From an archaeon (GTDB taxonomy: Archaea; Asgardarchaeota; Thorarchaeia; Thorarchaeales; Thorarchaeaceae), in contig JAJRZD010000014.1 of the NCBI GenBank assembly GCA_024275415.1, forward strand, positions 32,633-64,632: DNA of 32,000 nt, given 5' to 3'. Under the pieces are notes generated by a model, which saw only the letters and a program-made list of their open reading frames with translations, did not search any database and was not told where the DNA came from. Each line of letters begins with the position of its first letter. Position 1 is the stretch's first letter. This document shows, piece after piece, positions 25,135 to 32,000 of the stretch. The translations under genes and the position numbers were made by a program.

Positions 25135-25938
25135 ATGGTGATGGCAGACCCTGACACCTTTGAGATGCAAGAGTACGAGGGTATCGGAATCTTTGTCCCA
25201 GGTCAGAACTATGAACGAGAACTTGATGGTAGGGGAATGTTCAAAATCCTGCTTCTGACATTGGCTTCTTTTGGCACTACCCTTGGGCTCGCTTTTTTGC
25301 TGTTGATTCCTTTAATGGTCGCCAATCTGATATACTTCGACATGTACGGGGTTGTTTCTTTTGGCCCTTGGGCATACGTCCTGTTGACAACCACTGAATT
25401 TGGTTTCATCATCCCTCCCATCTGGTATGTCCGCAAGAGAGGTTTCTCTCTAAGATCCGTTGGTATTTTGATGAATCAACCTCTCAAGGAGATTGTGCTC
25501 GGCCTCGTCTTTGGTGTGGCCATGATATCTGTCAACATAGCTATAACTTGGGTCATTGCCGAGTACTCGGGGATTGGACATGACAGCTCAGAATCCCCGT
25601 TTATCGCAAGCGATTGGGTCGAGGTCATTGGCTGGATCGTGGTGATGTTCGTAGCGGTAGGATTCAGCGAAGAATTGCTATTCCGAGGGTTCCTGCAAAA
25701 ACGTATGGAGATTTATTTTAGGGCCAAGTCCGGACGCTACAAGCTCCTAGCTCTGGTCATCACATCTGCACTTTTCGCAGCAATGCACTTCGAATTGATT
25801 GGGCTACTAACCCGTTTCATACTCGGGCTGTTCTTAGGCTATCTCTGCCAGAAAAGGAAGTATTCTATCTTGGGGCCTTCAATCGCACACGGGTTCAACA
25901 ATTCCATGGTTATCATACTCGTCTTTCTAGGCTTCTAA
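25135..25938 (+). CDS. CPBP family intramembrane glutamic endopeptidase (CAAX/Abi, Rce1-like)
   Basis: EELLFRG, FAAMH and HGFNN motifs; multiple TM helices; start at 25135 or upstream at 25057/25081. Confidence 0.9.
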   Translation: MVMADPDTFEMQEYEGIGIFVPGQNYERELDGRGMFKILLLTLASFGTTLGLAFLLLIPLMVANLIYFDMYGVVSFGPWAYVLLTTTEFGFIIPPIWYVRKRGFSLRSVGILMNQPLKEIVLGLVFGVAMISVNIAITWVIAEYSGIGHDSSESPFIASDWVEVIGWIVVMFVAVGFSEELLFRGFLQKRMEIYFRAKSGRYKLLALVITSALFAAMHFELIGLLTRFILGLFLGYLCQKRKYSILGPSIAHGFNNSMVIILVFLGF

Positions 25939-25983
25939 GAAAACTGGAGAGCGGGGTGAACCCGCTCTACTACTATGTCCGCA

Positions 25984-26187
25984 CTATGCCTCGTATTTGA
26001 AGGCAACCTTGATGTTTGCCCTGAATGCGACGATTTTGTTATCCTCGACCTTTGCCGTGAAATGATCAATATCGATTCCGACAATGCCACGGATGCTCTT
26101 TGCTGCCACTTCAAGGGCATTCTTGGTTGCCTCTTCCCAGCTGTTTGGACTTTCACCTATTAGTTCGATTACCTTTACTACACCCAT
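25984..26187 (-). CDS. Dodecin (flavin-binding)
   Basis: MGVVKVIELIGESPNSWEEA..NA...A..SIRGI...KV....I..FR...KVAF; GAGGAG SD upstream. Confidence 0.9.
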   Translation of the reverse strand: MGVVKVIELIGESPNSWEEATKNALEVAAKSIRGIVGIDIDHFTAKVEDNKIVAFRANIKVAFKYEA

Positions 26188-26264
26188 CGATTGTATCAAC
26201 TCCTCGATTTGGTAAAATACCATAAGGTTTCTTTCCTTATTGGTGTTGCCCGCCTATTATTCGG

Positions 26265-27425
26265 TCACGCTAGTGTCGTCCGCTTTACGAAAATCATCCA
26301 TGCAAGAAGGAAGAGAACGAGTGATACCACGCCAAGCGTCATTATCTCTCCTGTGAACTCGACTAAGGGAATTCCCTTGAAGGCGGTATCCACCATCATA
26401 ATCCTCCCAAGGTTAAGAGGGTAGACCTCATCGACTACACCCACGTCCATATAGCCAGTCCCAAAGATCATCGACCCGAACAACAGGAAAAGAAAGGATT
26501 GATTTGCTTGGAGGCGCGTGGTCACAACTGTGGATATCAGGACCCCGAGTGCCGAACCAGATATTGACATCAGCCATAGGATGATATTCAGTGTCAGAAG
26601 ATCGGTATTGGGCACGATTTGGAATAGACCCATCCACAAAAGCAGCAAGAAGAACCCCTGTACAACGCCGATGAAGAAATATGCCAGCGTCTTTGCAATG
26701 ACCGTTTCGAATTTAGTCGCAGGTGTGAGGAGCATCCGATTCAAGGGAATGTCCCCTACAATTGCTTGTGCTGCTGTGGCTGAAACAGCGATGAACACTG
26801 AAAAGACAAGCATGAACACCCCAAAAGATGCGGCGGCCTGATTACCCTGCGGTGCAAACTCTCGGATCCGCTCAATCGCAATTTCTCCTTTCACCCACCC
26901 ATGGTCATACCTGAATTCATTGACTGCATCTGAAAATATCCCATAAATTGTTCCCTGAAGCGCGAAATCGGTGCTGCTGATATGGATGTCCACGATTGCA
27001 GGGATATCCCCTGTTATGTTTCCCTCAAACCCGTAGGGAATAACACAATATGCTTGCACAATATTCTGATAGAGTGCCTCAAGAGCATCCTCTTCGTTTT
27101 CATATAATAGCACAATTAAGTCTGGGCTTTTTGAGAGATACCATGTGAAGTTCTCGGAAAGATCCTGTCCTGGAAATGTATCAGTAGGATCGCTATCGAC
27201 CACACCGACTACTATGGCATCCTCATTCTTACCTGTGGAATCGACAGCTTTACCAATTGTGTTCTGGTTTATTGCAAAGTACATCGTTCCCATGATCATC
27301 AGTGGAAGTGCAAATACGAGGAGAAGTGCGAATTTGTCTTTCTGAATCAGCTTCAGTTCTTTCACGAACATCGACCTGATTCTCCAGATTTTGGAGTTCT
27401 TCAACTTCTTCCCGCCCGATGACAC
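26265..27425 (-). CDS. ABC-2 type transporter permease with a large extracytoplasmic loop
   Basis: KELK.I.KD...L...F.LP; VVD.D; AYCVIP.GF; MLLTP.TKFE.VIAK; about 6 TM helices. Confidence 0.85.
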   Translation of the reverse strand: MSSGGKKLKNSKIWRIRSMFVKELKLIQKDKFALLLVFALPLMIMGTMYFAINQNTIGKAVDSTGKNEDAIVVGVVDSDPTDTFPGQDLSENFTWYLSKSPDLIVLLYENEEDALEALYQNIVQAYCVIPYGFEGNITGDIPAIVDIHISSTDFALQGTIYGIFSDAVNEFRYDHGWVKGEIAIERIREFAPQGNQAAASFGVFMLVFSVFIAVSATAAQAIVGDIPLNRMLLTPATKFETVIAKTLAYFFIGVVQGFFLLLLWMGLFQIVPNTDLLTLNIILWLMSISGSALGVLISTVVTTRLQANQSFLFLLFGSMIFGTGYMDVGVVDEVYPLNLGRIMMVDTAFKGIPLVEFTGEIMTLGVVSLVLFLLAWMIFVKRTTLA

Positions 27426-27498
27426 AGTTCCTCACCTATCTGTCCTTGGTGCAGGGTGAGCAATCCTATCCTTTTATCAGTTTCCTGACGCTTATTCT

Positions 27499-28386
27499 CT
27501 AAAGATATCCAAGGACTCCTGCACACATGAGAAGATATAGAATCATGGGGCCCTCTTTGCCCCATTGATCTGAGATTGATTTCACTTCCTTCGTTTTGAG
27601 CCTGTTTCCATCGTTGCAGAGGTTCCCTAGGATGTTCTGTATTCCCAAATCCCCGTACGGGAATACTGAGAACTCTCCAAGTCCTGCAATTGCAAGAACA
27701 TCTACAGTCCATTCTCCTATCCCTTTGAATGGGATAAGCTCCTCTCTGGCGTTCTGGTATCCCTTCCCTCGGAGCTCTTCTAGGTGTAGTTGTCCTATGA
27801 CCACTGATTTACATACCCCAAGGATATAGGGCGACTTGTATCCAATTCCTAGTTTCCTCAGTCCATCATCGCCCAATGATATCAACTCATGTGGAGTGGG
27901 GAATGCGTATGTATCAGCTTCAGCCTGTCTAGGAGAGGCAGTCTTATGGATTAACCTCTTTGTGATGACATTGGCTGCACGATATGATATCTGCTGTTGG
28001 ATTATTGTCTTAATGAGCGCCTCAAATACGGTGTCTGCAAGATATGGTCTGATGCCCTTGACTTTTTCTGCGATGGATGCAATGCTTTCTATCTCTGCAA
28101 ATTTCATTAGGATGGGTTTCATGTCCATCTTCAGGTTCAAGACTATTTCGATCTTTGCTTTAATCTCCCTTGACGACAGGGACTCGTTGTCCCATTCAGT
28201 GCGTAGTTCTTGCCCGGCTTTCTGTTGGGTGACCTTCACTGGCGTAGATATGTCGTCGAAAGTGTAGACCCTCCAGAACGAGGTGGATGAGCTCCTCTCA
28301 GGCACTGGTTGGACATCAGGGAATATCCATGAATGCACCGAGGAAATCATATCGTAGTCATCAGGAGATTTAATGGTGAGTTCCAA
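27499..28386 (-). CDS. alkA: DNA-3-methyladenine glycosylase (AlkA/HhH-GPD family)
   Basis: FEALIKTIIQQQIS, FPTP..L, GIGYKS.YI, KGIGEWT, FPYGDLG (catalytic Asp). Confidence 0.9.
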   Translation of the reverse strand: MELTIKSPDDYDMISSVHSWIFPDVQPVPERSSSTSFWRVYTFDDISTPVKVTQQKAGQELRTEWDNESLSSREIKAKIEIVLNLKMDMKPILMKFAEIESIASIAEKVKGIRPYLADTVFEALIKTIIQQQISYRAANVITKRLIHKTASPRQAEADTYAFPTPHELISLGDDGLRKLGIGYKSPYILGVCKSVVIGQLHLEELRGKGYQNAREELIPFKGIGEWTVDVLAIAGLGEFSVFPYGDLGIQNILGNLCNDGNRLKTKEVKSISDQWGKEGPMILYLLMCAGVLGYL

Positions 28387-28601
28387 GGCATATCACATCC
28401 TTTCTGGTATGACGAATCATCACTCATGTCTATTGAACTTGTCCGAAGTTATGATTCATTCCAGATATTAGATTGCTTGACAATGCCATTGGATTCTAAC
28501 TTACTGCCTACTGCAGTTCCAGTCGATTTGAAGAATAAAAAAGGAATACGGCAGACCCGAAGGTCTCCCGTTGTTTTGTGTATTGGAATGCTACAATGGT
28601 T

Positions 28602-29135
28602 CTAGTATCTGCGACCACCGCTGCGTCGGTCTCGGCCACCATAACCGCGGCTGCCACCACCGTAACCGCCACTGCCACCCCTTCTGCCGCCATAACCGCC
28701 ACCACCGCCGCCATAGCCACCACCACGGCCACCACCGCCGCCACCATAGCGTCTACGGGTGTCTTCGTGCTCCTCAGCAGACATATCATTCTCCGTGTTG
28801 ACTTCCTCAATCGGTTCGTCAGCCTCAGAGAGCTTTCCATATCGACCAATGTTCAGCCGAAGGTTGCCTCTGAACAACCCAGTGTAGCCGTTCTCAAGCT
28901 TGTAGGTCGTTCCGACCTCGACCTCATCGATCGTATCATCCCAACACGGGACAGCAACTGTGCCGCTTGCATCTCCGACAACAAGGTCAAGTACTCGGTG
29001 TGTAGTTCCATCATTTCGTGAAGAAACCTCACGCTCTTCGCCCTTCTCAATAACCTTGAATGTGACGGTGAGATTCTTCTGACGTGGCTTTAGTTCAGCC
29101 ACTGTAGCCTCAACAGGCTCTTGTTCGTAACTCAT
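28602..29135 (-). CDS. ssb: Single-stranded DNA-binding protein (single OB fold, crenarchaeal SSB/hSSB-like) with a Gly/Arg/Tyr-rich tail
   Basis: VAELKP..KNLTVTFKVIE, VGDASGT....WD, LENGYT.LFRG..RLNIGRYG; start MSYEQ at 29135. Confidence 0.85.
   Translation of the reverse strand: MSYEQEPVEATVAELKPRQKNLTVTFKVIEKGEEREVSSRNDGTTHRVLDLVVGDASGTVAVPCWDDTIDEVEVGTTYKLENGYTGLFRGNLRLNIGRYGKLSEADEPIEEVNTENDMSAEEHEDTRRRYGGGGGGRGGGYGGGGGGYGGRRGGSGGYGGGSRGYGGRDRRSGGRRY
28605..28757 (-). repeat. Low-complexity coding repeat (GGY/GGG/RGG) forming the SSB tail
   Basis: Repeated CCACC/CCGCC on the + strand; encodes RRRYGGGGGGRGGGYGGGGGGYGGRRGGSGGYGGGSRGYGGRDRRSGGRRY. Confidence 0.9.
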
Positions 29136-29610
29136 GTGTATCACTCACTTATGCTTCCGCATAATTGATTGCAGGTCGTTCAAAACTAGCGTGTTCATGG
29201 GAGGTGCGAAACGGTTGATACCAATAACGAAACTCTTTCTGACTTGTCGCATCCTGCTTGATGTTCCTGCAATCTATATGGCAACCTTGTTCCCTTATGA
29301 GCTTATGCATTGGGATGGCGCTGTAGAATAAACCACAGTTCTAGGCATTAAGTATCAGGACTTCGTCTTTATGGATGAATCCATTACTCGTTGATATTGC
29401 TTCTATGAACTAGTGCATTATTTTACAGAGCCCATTAGGATTGTCATAGGTTGTACTTGGGACTTCTTCCCTCTTTCTGTCAAGTGTGAAATAGGTTGAC
29501 CGATGTGATCCGATTCTTCTTGAAATTCTAATCTATGATCGGTTAAAGTCGCATGTGATCTCATTAGCACATACGATGTATATTTCTGTTTGACTGGAGT
29601 GCTTCTCTCA

Positions 29611-30072
29611 TCAAGTCTGAGCTGAAGGAACGATAAAGATGTGTCCAATCAGATCTCCTTTGAACATATTACCTTTGATCCTTGAATGGAACATTGCTTT
29701 GTCTGCCAGTCGTTCCTCATCAAAATGCTGGAAATAGGTGGAACCGATGCACACTAGGTTGCCCATCCCATTTGACACATAGAACGAACGTAGCACTGCT
29801 GATTTTGGTGCAACAGTGATAGGCTTGATCTTCACAATGCGAGTTTCCCCTGCCTCGAATGCAGCATCTTCTAGTGAGATGACAGGCACCGCTCTCACAT
29901 TGCTCCAGTCAAGTGAAATTGTGGATTCCTCAATTCCTTCGACCGCAGTCCTGACATAACCAAAGCCCATTGATGAAAGGCTCTGGTCACAGAGGATCGC
30001 ATATATCTTATCCAGCTTGGGTTCTGAAGAAGCACCTCCACCGCTTGTTGGTGTAGCAGTGTTCTCTACCAT
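29611..30072 (-). CDS. DUF22-like archaeal hypothetical protein
   Basis: Likely start MVENT at 30072; FEAGETRIVKIKPI...., KGDLIGHI resemble DUF22. Confidence 0.55.
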   Translation of the reverse strand: MVENTATPTSGGGASSEPKLDKIYAILCDQSLSSMGFGYVRTAVEGIEESTISLDWSNVRAVPVISLEDAAFEAGETRIVKIKPITVAPKSAVLRSFYVSNGMGNLVCIGSTYFQHFDEERLADKAMFHSRIKGNMFKGDLIGHIFIVPSAQT

Positions 30073-30581
30073 TTTTGAGACCTCATTGCATCCCGCTTTT
30101 GAACTGGGACACATTCTGTGATTGCATTGTGTGATACGCATACATCATTAGAACGTAGGCTCACATATGTTAAATATGTTTTATCGTTATTTAGTATTGT
30201 CATCTCATGGACTTGTTACCAGTGTGATCAAGCCACGACGCGCAAAAGCTATTATTCATGTCTGGTACGAAGTTAATTTGGTGACTGGTTTCCTATCCGA
30301 ATCTCCAAGAACAAAATCAGCCTAGTTGTCAGCTCCAGTGAGATGTTCTTCTATTGCTTCAGCCAAGTGATTGGCTTTAGGTCATATTGTAAGTTATATC
30401 ATATCTCTCTTTGAACATTTCGTAAAATCCAATCTCTTCTTGCGAAATACGATATTAATTGATGAAATGCTTGTTATATAAATAAAGTTACTGTTTTTTT
30501 GTTTTTCACCTCGAATAGACTTATTAAATGAAAACTTGAAAATAATTATGGTTTTGCCCCAAATATTTCGGTTGTGATTGG

Positions 30582-32000
30582 ATGAGAATGAAAAGAGCCT
30601 TTGTAACTACAATATCTATAGCGTTCATATTCCTGTTAATCATTGGTGCGTCTATGGTGATTGCTGAACCTGATTTCCCTACTGAATGTGGTGCATGTCA
30701 TCCACCAACCTCGCAAATCACTATAACCTCCAATGCAACAGGAACTGTTGATGCCTACGTTGACACTCCTATTACACTTACTATTAATGCAATCAAAGCC
30801 TTCCAAGGCGGAAAATTCTACCTTTCTGCAAAATACGGTTGGGCGAACAACGATAACTTCACTTTCACAGAATTCAATATCAGGGACAACAAGGCTGGTG
30901 ATCTTAATTCCACAACAGACATAATCACAGTGACAACCACTCTTACTCCGACTGGTGTTGGACTTTTCACTTTCAGGGTATGGGCGACATATTTCGTGAG
31001 TTCTGCTGATAATGGATCCACCAGCTTGGATGTACAATTCTCTGTCACTGACCCAATACCTCCAACCATCGATACTCCCTTAGACCGGATAATCAATGAG
31101 GGCAATTCGAGTGAGGTACTCCAATGGAACCCAACTGACAACTATCCCCATTCCTACAAGATTTTTCTTGACAGCGCGCTTAACGAAACTGGCGTTTGGG
31201 ATGGGTCGCCGATATCAGTCAATCTTGGCGGATTAGGTCTTGGAACGCATAATCTTACTACAGTTGTTTATGATGTGTCGGCCAATACTGCAAGCGACCA
31301 GGTGATGATAACAGTGGTCGATGGAACGAACCCGTACATCGAGCCTCTGAATGATACCGTGATAAATGAAGGTTCACTCACATTATTGACATGGCTTGCC
31401 TACGAGGCGCATCCTGATACATATGTGATTACACGAAATGGAACACCCTATGACAGTGACGTATGGCTGGGCGGTGATATTTCAACAACCTTGTCAAACC
31501 TTGAGTTAGGTATCCATTATTTCAGCATCGTTGCAAATGACACTACAGGAAATGAGGCTTCGGATTTGGTCACTGTCACAGTCATCGACGGCACACCCCC
31601 GACGGTGGACGACGTGGCCGACATCTCCTACCACGCAGACGACACGGGGAACATGATCGTCTGGACACCTTCAGACCTGCATCCGGTGAGCTACCAGATC
31701 CTTCTGGACGGCAGCGTCATAGAGAATGGTACATGGTCAGGGGGTGCCATCATGTATTCCATCGACGGGCTTGCCATAGGCCAGTACAACTACACCCTCG
31801 TGGTACTCGATGTTGGCGGGAACCTAGGCTCAGACGTGGTGATAGTCACAGTAGTGACCCCACCAGAGCCATTAGTGAGCCACCCCATTGACCTCCAGGT
31901 GATGGAGGGTTCCATTGGTGAATACCTCACATGGAACGGTAGCGACATCGACCCGAGCAGTTATGAGATCTACAGGGACGGAGAGCTTGTCCTGTCAGGG
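30582..32000 (+). CDS. Secreted/surface glycoprotein with an N-terminal CxxCH motif and tandem ~90-aa Ig-like repeats; runs off the window edge
   Basis: Not in the ORF track. Open for 473 codons: MRMKRAFVTTISIAFIFLLIIGASMVIA (signal peptide), then EPDFPTECGACHPP; repeats D..PP.ID...D....EG......W...D..P.SY.I..DG.....G.W.G..I...L.GL..G..N.T.V..D...N..SD.V.VTV; many N-x-S/T sequons. Confidence 0.9.
   Translation, partial: MRMKRAFVTTISIAFIFLLIIGASMVIAEPDFPTECGACHPPTSQITITSNATGTVDAYVDTPITLTINAIKAFQGGKFYLSAKYGWANNDNFTFTEFNIRDNKAGDLNSTTDIITVTTTLTPTGVGLFTFRVWATYFVSSADNGSTSLDVQFSVTDPIPPTIDTPLDRIINEGNSSEVLQWNPTDNYPHSYKIFLDSALNETGVWDGSPISVNLGGLGLGTHNLTTVVYDVSANTASDQVMITVVDGTNPYIEPLNDTVINEGSLTLLTWLAYEAHPDTYVITRNGTPYDSDVWLGGDISTTLSNLELGIHYFSIVANDTTGNEASDLVTVTVIDGTPPTVDDVADISYHADDTGNMIVWTPSDLHPVSYQILLDGSVIENGTWSGGAIMYSIDGLAIGQYNYTLVVLDVGGNLGSDVVIVTVVTPPEPLVSHPIDLQVMEGSIGEYLTWNGSDIDPSSYEIYRDGELVLSG
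31050..32000 (+). repeat. Tandem protein-level Ig-like repeats (units start at 31050, 31320, 31587 and 31857)
   Basis: Unit lengths 270, 267 and 270 nt plus a partial fourth; conserved W, Y, GxW and D-x-x-(G/A)-N positions. Confidence 0.85.

Noticed and set aside
28605-28757. Short GC-rich repeats as a possible CRISPR or VNTR
   Set aside because: No constant repeat-spacer period; explained by Gly codons.
28508-29021. Ala/Thr-rich 'mucin-like' ORF (28578-29021 +) and Val/Ala-rich ORF (28508-28849 -)
   Set aside because: Alternative-frame shadows of the Gly-rich SSB tail.
30142-30581. AT-rich 440-nt gap as a possible ncRNA or replication origin
   Set aside because: No ORB-like repeats, no cdc6 and no stable stems seen; consistent with divergent promoters.

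Overview
Gene-dense archaeal chromosomal window with about 30 CDS. I saw no rRNA, tRNA, CRISPR array or mobile element. Roadblock/LC7 proteins, demi-Lrp (RAM) proteins, an archaeal COG1340 coiled-coil protein, DUF99, DUF22, a single-OB SSB and a surface protein with ~90-aa Ig-like repeats suggest an Asgard archaeon, probably Thorarchaeia (inference; no rRNA or marker gene is present). In order: FAD-binding oxidoreductase (partial), SCP2 protein, rubrerythrin, an Mre11 plus very short hook-less Rad50-like pair, FAD/NAD(P)H oxidoreductase, atypical HAD hydrolase, two hypotheticals, a degenerate stand-alone PEP-utiliser swivelling domain, gamma-carbonic anhydrase-like protein, ABC exporter, RAM protein, EamA-RAM fusion, COG1340, RimK-type ATP-grasp ligase, glmS, wHTH regulator, tandem roadblock protein, BMP-family binding protein, HD hydrolase, DUF99, roadblock protein, membrane-anchored subtilase, CPBP protease, dodecin, ABC-2 permease, AlkA glycosylase, SSB with a Gly/Arg/Tyr tail, DUF22, and a partial secreted CxxCH + Ig-repeat protein that the ORF track missed. 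The most notable observations are the mini-Rad50/Mre11 pair, the prodomain-less site-1-protease-like subtilase, the heme-c-motif-tipped Ig stalk, the RAM-fused transporter with a partner RAM, and the SSB low-complexity tail. All family calls come from motif recognition by eye; no database search was run.
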